The translations under genes and the position numbers were made by a program. Positions 12,101 to 20,116 of a DNA stretch of 58,707 bases are shown piece by piece. The stretch lies in the NCBI GenBank assembly GCA_043813875.1, contig JBDRKP010000067.1, positions 1-58,707 on the forward strand, in the 5' to 3' direction. The DNA is from an archaeon. GTDB taxonomy: Archaea; EX4484-52; B79-G9. The stretch's first letter is position 1; each line of letters begins with the position of its first letter. The notes beneath the pieces were generated by a model that was not told the origin of the DNA, did not search any database, and worked only from the letters and a program-made list of their open reading frames with translations.

Positions 12101-14523
12101 ATATCATAATTAAAATCAACGCCCGTATCAAGCGAATAATTGCCATTGAAACCGGATACAGTACTATAATAGACAACGCCAGCGGCATCAGTCACCTCTA
12201 TAAGAACATTCGATAACGGGGGCACGATAGAAGAATACGCATCAGTAACCATGCCTTCCACATGCGTCGCACCCTTGAGATTCGCATCAATCTCTGCATC
12301 ACTCACCACAGAATAATTAGCCATCGACACATTATACCCCGGCTTATCAAACACCATAAGATAATCATTGACCTGTGAAGACACATAGAAAGAATACACA
12401 CCACTTCCATCCGTATAAGCCGTATATTTTTTTGAATCCATCCTGCTGACTAGCTCCACTTTCACGCCGTCAATATATTTATCATGCAAATTCAACAGAT
12501 CACTCACAACCCCATGCACCCTGTTCTTTCCCCGGAGAGCAAAATCACCGATATCCACAACACCAGACACAGCATATAGCTCACTATCAGGAAAATACCC
12601 CGCCAGATTAAAAGAAACATTATATTGAATCGCATCCCTGACAATCATACCGAATCTTCCAGAAGAATCAGTTACCGTGCGATATGAAACATTACCACCC
12701 GCAATAGTGACATTCACGCCAGTTAGAAGTATCGAATTATTCGTCTCATCAACCAACGTGCCATTAAGCGTTCCAAGCCCTGAAAGGAAAATATCACCAT
12801 AATCAACAGAAGAACTATAAGCTGTCGAATTGGCATAGACAGCATAACCCTCAAAAGATACCTCAATCGTATGACTCACGCCGCCTCTGACAGACATGTT
12901 GAACGACCCGGACGAATCAGTAAGCGCTTGATACATATTCGATCCGCCGCTGATAATCTTGACAAGAGCCCCGCTTATTGCGTGACTGGTATTGCTCGCG
13001 TCAATCACTCTTCCCGATACAGACGCACTGCCAGTAAGATTCACAGGCTTTATGGTAGAAGACGCCACCAGCACATCTTTGGATATGTATCCCGAAGCGC
13101 TCATCTTAAGATATGCATTGCAATTAGGCGTCCCGGCCAAGGTGCTTGGGTAATTTATGGAATAATTTCCTGACGAGTCCGTATAAGCCCCATAATAATA
13201 ACTTCCACCCCACCCGGCGCGGATTGTATTAAGATAATTCCACAACTCAATATAAGCGCCGCTGATAACCGGATCGATAAGATTATTTTCCGAATCGAAA
13301 ACATGCCCTCTCACCTCGCATGTGCCTGTCTGGTTGACATAGATATTCTTATTCGTGCCCTCAAGAATCGACTCCGAATACAGGTGCGTATGATTATACC
13401 CCAATGCAGCAATGGAAATATCATGCAAGACACCCGCATTGCTTGTAGTATTTGCAACAACCTCGATCAGGACATTGCCGCTCACGTCAGTAAAACCGGT
13501 TTTGTTAAAAGTATCAGAATAAAAAAGAGTGACATTTGCATTCGGTATGGGCCTGCTGTTCCACACATCAAGGACAGTAAAATTATAGCTTCCATATCCC
13601 TTAAGGTAAAGGCTGGTATTCAGGATAAAAGCTTCAACAGAACCGACAGTAACAGTAATATTACGGTAATTGCTGTCCCCATACATAAATCCATCCAGAC
13701 CATTGATAGAGCCATTGAATATGACAAAAAATGACCCCCACGTCGAAAGATCAATAAAATAATTACCTGCCGAATCAGTCAGACTGGAAGCGACAATATT
13801 ACCGACTGATAAATTATATACACTCACATTCATACCAGATATAGGGTCCCCGCTAAACCTTGTAACCTTTCCGGATACGTTCCTTGAGCTATCAAGAGAC
13901 ACAACGTCATTCACATTAAAGCCCTCATTCACCACACGACCCGTCAATATCTGTGATTTATATCCGCCTTTGACCAGACTGATATTATGGACCACACTAT
14001 AATCCGTATTATTAGCGATCACCTGGATAAGAACATTACCGGACGCATCAGTCATCTTAGATTCCACATCACCGGTTGACGCAAAAACAGTGATATTGAC
14101 ATCTACAAGAGGAACACCACCTATAAGATCATATACAGTAAGATTATAGCTCCCGTGATTATCAGGATAAAGGCTTGTATTGAGCGACAGGTTCTCCGCG
14201 CCGCCGAGAGTTATCGATACATTCCGATACGGATCCGCGCCATAAACAAAACCGCTCTTATTATATATGACATAATAATCCCCTGCATCCGAAAGATCAA
14301 CATAATAGGTACCATTTGCATCAGAAAGATTTGATGATATCAGCGCTCCATCAGTCAGATTATATACGCTCACATTGACCCCGTCAACAGGCGTGCCATT
14401 GAACTGTGTGATGACACCTAAAATACTCGGCGGAGCAGCATTCACAAATACGAAAAGGAAAAACAGGAATAAGAATATCAAAGAGGATTCAATATTCCGT
14501 GAAGATTTCCTTGCTGTCATCAT
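6199..14523 (-). CDS. Giant (2774 aa) cell-surface protein: carboxypeptidase-regulatory-like/Ig-like repeats, Cys-rich motif, Ser/Gly linker, TM helix, two cytoplasmic Zn ribbons
   Basis: N-terminal signal peptide. Repeated SG.V.D...I.GA.V...TD..G.Y/F...GY units and DT.PP Ig-like starts. TM segment FVSVAVIVLFAMGALMVYWFFL. CPECGG..CVWC and CPDCGG..CVWC at the C-terminus. Confidence 0.85.
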   Translation of the reverse strand: MMTARKSSRNIESSLIFLFLFFLFVFVNAAPPSILGVITQFNGTPVDGVNVSVYNLTDGALISSNLSDANGTYYVDLSDAGDYYVIYNKSGFVYGADPYRNVSITLGGAENLSLNTSLYPDNHGSYNLTVYDLIGGVPLVDVNITVFASTGDVESKMTDASGNVLIQVIANNTDYSVVHNISLVKGGYKSQILTGRVVNEGFNVNDVVSLDSSRNVSGKVTRFSGDPISGMNVSVYNLSVGNIVASSLTDSAGNYFIDLSTWGSFFVIFNGSINGLDGFMYGDSNYRNITVTVGSVEAFILNTSLYLKGYGSYNFTVLDVWNSRPIPNANVTLFYSDTFNKTGFTDVSGNVLIEVVANTTSNAGVLHDISIAALGYNHTHLYSESILEGTNKNIYVNQTGTCEVRGHVFDSENNLIDPVISGAYIELWNYLNTIRAGWGGSYYYGAYTDSSGNYSINYPSTLAGTPNCNAYLKMSASGYISKDVLVASSTIKPVNLTGSASVSGRVIDASNTSHAISGALVKIISGGSNMYQALTDSSGSFNMSVRGGVSHTIEVSFEGYAVYANSTAYSSSVDYGDIFLSGLGTLNGTLVDETNNSILLTGVNVTIAGGNVSYRTVTDSSGRFGMIVRDAIQYNVSFNLAGYFPDSELYAVSGVVDIGDFALRGKNRVHGVVSDLLNLHDKYIDGVKVELVSRMDSKKYTAYTDGSGVYSFYVSSQVNDYLMVFDKPGYNVSMANYSVVSDAEIDANLKGATHVEGMVTDAYSSIVPPLSNVLIEVTDAAGVVYYSTVSGFNGNYSLDTGVDFNYDIRVSLAGYQNKVIENLTWDQDRTGMGGTDRVQDIAMNGSVSIYVKTIDDFDNMNIDNSMVCVFYNMTSVSCLYIKSTGWGGATSFNIRGGESYRLKITRDGYIEQILPLNGGVLAGNFSDVIALEAYAELYLYDKYALNNEEIGDAHIELYTYNNKTDYNYYIDETRVNVSVVCNGLQRDDFNVTLVGVTNNYYSSLNTSSGSSIVYFRTVPVGTYILKVDGTSIGCGYYEESMIVGTGGVSYMNAYNTDTIPPVFFNLTESADPIELGSYVTVTIGAIDLQNMVDMVLIEVDGTNRTMARVLSDIYQYTWLPGAAGTEIYTIYANDTWGNINKTTANITVLDTVAPFVTLISPNGTPSYIENVTFEFNVTDLSPIQSCELWTDTGGVWKFNMTNDSVIVRSALNSITLNAIAEGSYLWNINCTDTSGNHNFSVANYSFIVDTSVPVLSIMSPENKSYNSGAIMLFNISGNKPLVGANYSLNGQPNESMFNLTMTNFYDLIFSMADGSYSVVFYGKAYNGRTGIAGPRVFTVDTVYPTAIDVSPVDPSYFVEPAVVSFEINASEPVNLTVVYWTNSTQWILTNASYVSNQNVFSPALANDSYSWNYTLCDPAGNCVSGGDFVFNVTPAPVSLIVYVNDTTGSLVGADDNGDGASVRLYNQTYTLTKNTTSSGYVVFSDLVDGYTYNISVNGTRQGYGLNGSVYGPIFGDSVTSLVVNITKLIVNVTDASFVPVGGASVTLYLSDNTTVAKNATGGNMTGVSDAGGIVIFNRALPCIDCNVTVTKFVGILVENSTRVNVVAGNSSNYAWVDPPQSMGNTFNLNFTLNSDIVPVNVTISIKDYNSTVIRWSNKTDSNGNAVIYNVPTGIYDFIVNGEDVGYGRMTYYANVVGVVIQNSGNTDVNGRAKIKVNGLLTYYVSVNANGYVQYDDLNEGIQRRGTYDDSVNSLGIKPMIRLGLGGNTTLSGYVYDMNFKQPMNLSYEPVSAATLKMYAKTSCDVIPSPTLLRYQTVTAGNGTYSLVVSPMMQENPSSYQDYCFNVSAVGLSVKYENDVDVSKNVNVGLLGDKVISGYVKVHNGSRPIFGASILLRSHQCYGGDMIYDNCEAYGGLTAADGSFSFDVNSRTGVLSYPPYTIRVIKTGYYILDNITISTLPTVNYNLSLVPAPLSFIRINVTSENNELISKNVSIKLVQNIASGGTFVIDKSDCDFYYNEYVCVVNRDNFSDYDLLVNGTAMGYDYYLESHIIPTETPVQRNVVLNITKVNITLFDESGVALSGINVTLKSLPSVTNVTVNGSVLFYKVLPGMYSLEFAGLLDYMSVFDSTIDVANIGAMNSKILYANETQFYVNISNGTAGLGNVSVGIGNLTNVTDASGEIYFLKVNYSLTGQYPVVFNRTDLYLRGYFAPDLSVDVQPGMDKDNGNNLSLVLNSTAGYGVFRVNTSVGGVNVSLWYNDTVYIDGQVSGDDGLAFLLANASVYNTSINVTAAKVGYDGVVLGPYNTSDGNITYVDVVMTAAYSNCGEGVISPVCYCGSNLYSSGYCCSGSYQVTACDGGSSGGGSSSSSSSSGLGIVIVPKGNGSVAEVYDLSLSAESYYILSISASGDSCVNVPVYVSNEGNTVLNNLNVELSGVPKFLEANYDSLLDMLYPGEERSIIVRICAIDSGVDDGDYVGMLSVFNDHVSKDLFVTLRVVHEVGVDVQSLRNRLDRLGSILDDIDVSLLTPELKVYYDLAQKNLKDAGGYIDGGDYDKAGYLLDEAEKNIQLLLEGIKVLGDVTETGVNWSFVSVAVIVLFAMGALMVYWFFLRNRTAYSKEPVLPGDLSAGAPFLRLPKIDLSNVKVPSMLLKVLGKHDVYYAHSVAKKRYIADVVEKVLELKCPECGGKIFQNRCVWCGYKFSDSLVKTRDDSFEVPLGTGSSSFSKNDAYYTHKSRRDGVGEKFVTDAFEHVVESVCPDCGGRIYKGKCVWCR

Positions 14524-14765
14524 TCTTCCTCTTCCTCAAGTATGGCCGTGCGGATCATGCTATTCGCCACAGGATCGCCAATACCGCGGCCCCTCGGCTG
14601 ATATACATAAGAACGCCCGACAGGTATCCTCTCAAGCTTGCCGCTATCGCGCAACGCCTCGAGGTATCCGGCAAGATACTCGCGCCTCACATTAAGACGG
14701 CGCGCAAGCTCAGAAACAGACATAGGTCTCTCTTTCAGTATCTTAAAAAGCGCATCTTCAGCCAT
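14520..14765 (-). CDS. Small winged-helix HTH DNA-binding protein
   Basis: ERPMSVSELARRLNVRREYLAGYLEALRDSGKLERIPVGRSYVY matches a wHTH pattern. Its stop overlaps the start of the giant gene. Confidence 0.8.
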   Translation of the reverse strand: MAEDALFKILKERPMSVSELARRLNVRREYLAGYLEALRDSGKLERIPVGRSYVYQPRGRGIGDPVANSMIRTAILEEEEE

Positions 14766-14914
14766 TATCTACCCTTCAGAAATTTATTTAGAGAGCTCAA
14801 CATAAACTCAACATATTGAGATAATACTATAGCATATAACATGAACCCCTATATATATGTTTGTATTGCGTACCATATAGCACACAACGAAAAAAACATG
14901 GAATAAAAGAAATA

Positions 14915-15307
14915 TTAAATTTTAAGATTGAAACCAATACCAACATCAGCAGCAGATTTGCCGCCCTTTATTCCCCAATTAACCAACGCAGGTTCATTCA
15001 AAACAATCGTTATCTCTTTTTCAGAAATATTTAATCTCCTAACAAGATTGTCAACTATTTCGCGATAAAGCGCTCTTTTAGTTTTTTCACTTCTTCCCGG
15101 AAAAATAGTAATCTCAATCAAGATAATGTTTTCTGTTTTTCCAGCGGGAATCTCAAAATTTTCAGCTTTTAACTCATACATTCTTTGAGTCCTATCAGAA
15201 TCAGGAATATCAAATACCTCAACCAATGACCTATGCACAACATCCAACAAGTTTTTTTTGAATTCTTTCGATTTCCCTTCAATAATTTCTATCTTCACAA
15301 GAGGCAT
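14915..15307 (-). CDS. Tautomerase family protein (4-oxalocrotonate tautomerase-like, double beta-alpha-beta)
   Basis: N-terminal catalytic Pro (MPLVKIEI), GKSKEFKK, GRSEKTKRALY and NWGIKGG. Confidence 0.85.
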   Translation of the reverse strand: MPLVKIEIIEGKSKEFKKNLLDVVHRSLVEVFDIPDSDRTQRMYELKAENFEIPAGKTENIILIEITIFPGRSEKTKRALYREIVDNLVRRLNISEKEITIVLNEPALVNWGIKGGKSAADVGIGFNLKI

Positions 15308-15558
15308 ATTTCTATTTAGAATCAGCGATTTATATATTTGATTTAATAATTCAGCTAAAACGCCCGAAGGCGCACGTCTTCATTTCGCTCAAATCATTCT
15401 TTGCAACGAGGGGCAACTAAAAACAAATATATTACCTCATCCAGTAGACCTATCTGGATCTCTAAAACAACTCGAGAAAATCCCCATACTAAAGCAAAAA
15501 AACCATCCACATACAGACGACTATAACTTTTAAATTCATCAAAACCCGATAAATTAAG

Positions 15559-16233
15559 ATGGACTTCTACGAAAAATACGACAAAAACCCAACAAAAGAA
15601 AAGACACGCCAGTTCTTTCCCTACGAAGACATCAACGTACCCGAGCATTACCCCATAATAACAATAGCACTGATCATCACAAACATAATAATCTTCCTCT
15701 GGAGCCTGACATACTTCAAAGAGATCATATACGGATATGGATTCATAGCAGCCGAAGCATCAATAACGACCGCATTCACATCCATGTTCCTCCACGGCGG
15801 CTTCGACCACATCTTCGGAAACATGTGGTACCTCTGGCTCTTCGGCGACAACGTAGAAGACAAGTTCGGAAAAATCAAATACATCGCAATGTACCTGTCA
15901 GCCGGCCTCATCGCAGTAGCAGCGCAATACCTCATAGACCCCGCATCAGCCATACCTACAGTCGGCGCAAGCGGCGCAATATCAGGCATACTAGGCGCCT
16001 ACATCGTCCTGTTCCCGCACGTAGAAGTAAAAACAATAGGCCCATTCTACCAGATATACAGAATAAAGGCGAAATACCTCATAGCCCTCTGGTTCATCAT
16101 CCAGATAATCTTCGGGACATTGAGCATTGCAGGCAACTACGGCTCAAACATCGCATTCTTCGCCCATGTAGGCGGATTCATATTCGGATTCATGACAGGC
16201 ATGATATACAAGGCATTTCATCAAAGAGCGTAA
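15559..16233 (+). CDS. Rhomboid family intramembrane serine protease
   Basis: TSMFLHGGFDHIFGNM, catalytic Ser in GASGAISG and catalytic His in AHVGG. Confidence 0.92.
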   Translation: MDFYEKYDKNPTKEKTRQFFPYEDINVPEHYPIITIALIITNIIIFLWSLTYFKEIIYGYGFIAAEASITTAFTSMFLHGGFDHIFGNMWYLWLFGDNVEDKFGKIKYIAMYLSAGLIAVAAQYLIDPASAIPTVGASGAISGILGAYIVLFPHVEVKTIGPFYQIYRIKAKYLIALWFIIQIIFGTLSIAGNYGSNIAFFAHVGGFIFGFMTGMIYKAFHQRA

Positions 16234-16245
16234 AAAAACAAGAAA

Positions 16246-16998
16246 TCAATCCTCGACCCGTGGAGCAAGAACATAACTCAACTCAGCCTTATCCTTATTG
16301 ATAAAAGTAAACCTCACCGGATAATCCTTCCCGAACTGCATCTTCACAGTATCAGCAATCTTGGAGCCCTTCTCAATTTTCTTCAGATAATCAAGAGAAT
16401 ACTTTGACTTGGCATCCCCTGAAACATTTATCCCGACAACATCAGGACTGTCTTTGGTAAGCCTTACATTCACCTGGCTCAAATCCCCATCAGCAGTCAT
16501 CGAAAAACTGCCCGCATCCGCAGACATGACCACCGTATCAGTGATGATAGAAGCATCTCCGATACTCTCAGTAAGCACCGAACTCTTCGTCTCGACAGTA
16601 GCAGAGAAATCAAGCTTCATATCAGGCACATCAGACTTCTCGATATCAATCAAAGGTATCTTGAACGTCCTCACAGAAGAATTCTTCAAAGTAACACTCA
16701 GCTTGTTCTGATCCTTCTCAAGCTCAAAAACCACAGCATCAGACGACTTTGCCCTCTTCAGCACATTTATCAGGCTCTCGATATTGATACTCAGTTCCTC
16801 GTCATCGTCAAGTTTATACTCATCAAAAACCATTGACAGCATCTTGAACCGCACCATCGTGACCATAGTCGGATCAGTTGAAGCGAAATAGATATGATCC
16901 TTTTTAAGCTGGAATATGCCCTCTGACACCAACTCGGAAATAGCAGCCAGACTATCCCTCAATAATCCCACATCAGTCAAAGTCGCTTTAAATGACAT
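16246..16998 (-). CDS. pcn: DNA polymerase sliding clamp PCNA
   Basis: FKATL...AISELVSEG, DPTMVTMV, SKYSLDYL, GKDYPV and YVLAPRVED. Start at ATG 16998 after GAGGTG. Confidence 0.95.
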   Translation of the reverse strand: MSFKATLTDVGLLRDSLAAISELVSEGIFQLKKDHIYFASTDPTMVTMVRFKMLSMVFDEYKLDDDEELSINIESLINVLKRAKSSDAVVFELEKDQNKLSVTLKNSSVRTFKIPLIDIEKSDVPDMKLDFSATVETKSSVLTESIGDASIITDTVVMSADAGSFSMTADGDLSQVNVRLTKDSPDVVGINVSGDAKSKYSLDYLKKIEKGSKIADTVKMQFGKDYPVRFTFINKDKAELSYVLAPRVED

Positions 16999-17076
16999 TA
17001 TAAAACACCTCACACATAAATTATCAACAATCATTAATGTAAACACTATATAATCATAAAATTATTTAAATCACAC

Positions 17077-17403
17077 CTAAAGCATCTTATCATAATACCC
17101 CATGACCGCATTATACATCTTCAAGTTCAATTTACTCATATCCTGGATTATATCCACATAGAGATCAAAACCAGTGTCATTTGGTCTCACTCTGCCAAAA
17201 ACACGAACCAACTGACTTTGCGAAAGAGTTGTTGAAACATCCTGACCGACCACACCCTGAACAGTCCCGGTGCCATCATCAATAAATATCGAATTGTCAA
17301 CCGAACTTACAATCGTACCCAGAATACTCACCTTGGTATCACAAGAAGAATCAACATCTTTAATCCTCTTTTCAACAAAAACAGCATTCAAGTCCATATT
17401 CAT
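17077..17403 (-). CDS. Single OB-fold protein, probable small RPA subunit (RPA14/Rpa3-like)
   Basis: KVSILGTIV..IDDGTG...LVRVFGRV...DIIQDMSKLNLKMY OB-fold pattern, directly upstream of pcn. Confidence 0.65.
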   Translation of the reverse strand: MNMDLNAVFVEKRIKDVDSSCDTKVSILGTIVSSVDNSIFIDDGTGTVQGVVGQDVSTTLSQSQLVRVFGRVRPNDTGFDLYVDIIQDMSKLNLKMYNAVMGYYDKML

Positions 17404-17529
17404 CGTTCTACCCTGACATTTAAATACCTTACGCAAGGCAACAACAAAGAATCAGAAATTAAATATGCCCTATCAAAAAAAGCTCAATCACCCAAAAAGA
17501 AAAAAATGAGAACTACATATAACTACATA

Positions 17530-17859
17530 CTAGCTATACTCACGCCATGTCTTCTTGCACTTCATACACCTATAAAATCGTGTCTCTGGTTCATCGCTGG
17601 ATCTTGTCTGCTGGGTCCACCAGCCCGCTTTTTTATGCCCGCACTCAGGGCATTCGATATCAGTAGTTGGCAGGGTTTCGACAGAAGAATCAACAACAGG
17701 AATAGCATCAAACGGCTCATGAGTTATTTTCTCTTTCAGCTTGAATTCCTTTCCTTTATCAACAGGCGACATCTTACCGCAGTTATTACATTTAAGAACT
17801 ACAGAAGAATCCTTTTTCATTGGAGCCATCAAACTTCCGCATTTCTCACATAACTTCAT
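17530..17859 (-). CDS. tfs: Transcription elongation/cleavage factor TFS
   Basis: Two Zn ribbons plus QTRSSDEPETRFYRC with the acidic DE dyad. Confidence 0.93.
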   Translation of the reverse strand: MKLCEKCGSLMAPMKKDSSVVLKCNNCGKMSPVDKGKEFKLKEKITHEPFDAIPVVDSSVETLPTTDIECPECGHKKAGWWTQQTRSSDEPETRFYRCMKCKKTWREYS

Positions 17860-17997
17860 AAAACCACCTGCATCATACGAATATCCCTATACACAATTCA
17901 CTCTTGCTATCTGGAAAACAAAATACTTTATGCGCAATTAAGCACAAATAACTATATAAATGTATCTCACACCCTCAAACTCCCAAATCAATATGCA

Positions 17998-18537
17998 TTA
18001 GCCCGAACACGTAAACTCATAGGAAAGAAGCCCGCGCAAGTTACCGCTAAGTATCTCAGTCATGATCAATTTCGGCTCACCCAGCAAAGGCACTCGATAA
18101 AGCACCTTCCCCTTGATCCATTCCGGCTTCACAGCCCACGCATCCGGCGCAGGATTATTATCACCCCAGCTTGTGAAAGTCCCGTCATCATTAGCCTTAT
18201 ACAGACGATGTACAATCAGCTTATTTCCAGGCGGACAACCAGAAGAATCAGACGGACATACATATACGATAATGTCACCACCAGGAACATCAGATCTGGG
18301 CGGCAGACCCGGCGTCAAATCACCTGCATCTTCTCCTTTCAATATTAAAAGATCCCCTCGGTCAAGAACAGGAAGCATAGAACATGACACAACAACAACG
18401 ATAGGATCGTCAGTATCAAGTGCAAAACCAAGCCCCTGATAGACAATCACTGCAAGAAACATCCCAAAAAGAACATAGACTATACTGCCGATAAACTCAT
18501 TAGCCTCAAGATACTCATTAATCTCCTTCATACCCAT
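17998..18537 (-). CDS. Signal peptidase I (Sec11-type)
   Basis: TM helix followed by VVSCSMLPVLDRGDL, IVHRL and GDNN...D. Confidence 0.88.
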   Translation of the reverse strand: MGMKEINEYLEANEFIGSIVYVLFGMFLAVIVYQGLGFALDTDDPIVVVVSCSMLPVLDRGDLLILKGEDAGDLTPGLPPRSDVPGGDIIVYVCPSDSSGCPPGNKLIVHRLYKANDDGTFTSWGDNNPAPDAWAVKPEWIKGKVLYRVPLLGEPKLIMTEILSGNLRGLLSYEFTCSG

Positions 18538-18572
18538 TAAATCCCCTCAAACGAAAAACAAAATCAAAGCCA

Positions 18573-18860
18573 TCATTTACCACAGGCTTTGACAAAGAGT
18601 TTTTCAAACTCAGAAATATTATCTTGACTGCGGCTTATCGCACCTTTCAAAGACTTCATAGAATCCTTTGCGCGAACAATAATCAGCGGATTCCCAAGAT
18701 ACGGATGCTTCTTCTCGTAAGCAGCAAACGTAACTGTCGAGTCATTCCACAATTCGCTTCTCAAAAGATTAGGAATTGTATGGCTGCCACCAACAAGTTC
18801 AAGAGTCAGCATTTCCTTAGATTCTTTCTTTAGTTTAACATCCACATGATTCACCTGCAA
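18573..18860 (-). CDS. rpo11: DNA-directed RNA polymerase subunit Rpo11 (L)
   Basis: HTIPNLLRSELW...VTFAAYEKKHP motif. Confidence 0.88.
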   Translation of the reverse strand: MQVNHVDVKLKKESKEMLTLELVGGSHTIPNLLRSELWNDSTVTFAAYEKKHPYLGNPLIIVRAKDSMKSLKGAISRSQDNISEFEKLFVKACGK

Positions 18861-19113
18861 AAACTTTTAGTCATCAACTTTATAAATATATATTATGCCC
18901 TAACACTCAATATGAATTAAATGCCATGAATGCGAGGCATAACTAATAATTATTAATAACAGAGTACTACATAGGATACATTAAATATTTAAATATATCT
19001 GATACTATATCTGGTACTGTTTAACAATAACAAACAGACAACAAATCGCTTTTCCCAGGATGTGGCACAAGACGTGCTGAACGGATAAAACATATAACAG
19101 GAGCAGGATAAAT

Positions 19114-19695
19114 ATGGGAATGTACAAATACATAAAAGAGATTTGGAAAAATCCAAAAGCAAACCTTGGCAGCGTATGGCAGGAACGCCTCATAAAATGG
19201 CGCAAAGAAGAGACAGTAACAAGAATCGAAAAACCGACAAGGATTGACAGAGCTCGTTCTTTAGGATACAAAGCAAAACAAGGCATAGTAGTAGCAAGAG
19301 TAAAAGTAACCCGCGGTGGAAGAGAAAGAGAACGCCACAAGAAAGGAAGAAAACCATCAAAAGCAGGTTTCGTCCATTTCACACCTAAAAAATCAAGACA
19401 AGTCATCGCAGAAGAAAAAGTATCAAAAAAATACCCGAATATGGAAGTGCTTTCAAGCTATTACGTTGGAGAAGACGGAAAACACATATGGTACGAAGTA
19501 GTCCTCGTAAATCCTACACATCCGGCTATCGAAAACGACAAAAACCTGTCATGGATCACCAATAAAGAGCACAGAGGCCGCGCACACAGAGGACTGACAC
19601 CAGCAGGCAAGAAATCGCGCGGTTTGAACAAGAAAGGCAATGGCGCAGAAAAATTAAGGCCAAGCATAAGAGCCAAATCAGGCCAGGGCAAGTAA
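19114..19695 (+). CDS. rpl15e: 50S ribosomal protein L15e
   Basis: [31 protein letters not shown] and [13 protein letters not shown]. Confidence 0.97.
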   Translation: MGMYKYIKEIWKNPKANLGSVWQERLIKWRKEETVTRIEKPTRIDRARSLGYKAKQGIVVARVKVTRGGRERERHKKGRKPSKAGFVHFTPKKSRQVIAEEKVSKKYPNMEVLSSYYVGEDGKHIWYEVVLVNPTHPAIENDKNLSWITNKEHRGRAHRGLTPAGKKSRGLNKKGNGAEKLRPSIRAKSGQGK

Positions 19696-19715
19696 CCGGA
19701 TATAACAACCAACAC

Positions 19716-19750
19716 CCAGCCATTTGGCTGGCTGCTTTTTCTATTTTTTA
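19716..19750 (+). terminator. Hairpin plus T-tract terminator downstream of rpl15e
   Basis: CCAGCC-ATTT-GGCTGG followed by CTGCTTTTTCTATTTTTT. Confidence 0.55.
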
Positions 19751-19874
19751 TCATTCGCCAAAAGACAAACTAATCCCCAAAACCACACGAATCAACAGCC
19801 CAAAAGCATACACTCCAAAAACACAATTAAAGTATAAAAATCCTTAAATACCATCCCTACCGAAATAGATTGTA

Positions 19875-19990
19875 AATGTCTTAGATTTTAGAAAGACAGA
19901 GATTTAATTTAATGGGAGATAGGAGCTTGGAGCAATGATTCCATGGTGCTAGCTCAAGGATAACCTGATAGCGCCACACATTTTTCTTTA
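19875..19990 (+). ncRNA. Candidate structured small RNA or leader upstream of ahcY
   Basis: TATA-like CTTAAATA at 19843-19850. Stems TGTCTT/AAGACA, TGGA/TCCA, GAGC/GCTC and GGTGCTA/TAGCGCC. Ends in a T-tract at 19981. No ORF. Confidence 0.4.
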
Positions 19991-20116
19991 ATTCTTACAA
20001 TCCACCATAGCCCGGATTATACACAAACATCACACGACACAGCCATGCCAAACTATATTAAGATTTCTACTAAATCCAGTGAATAAAGAAACAGTCATAT
20101 TTACGAGGTGAATTAG

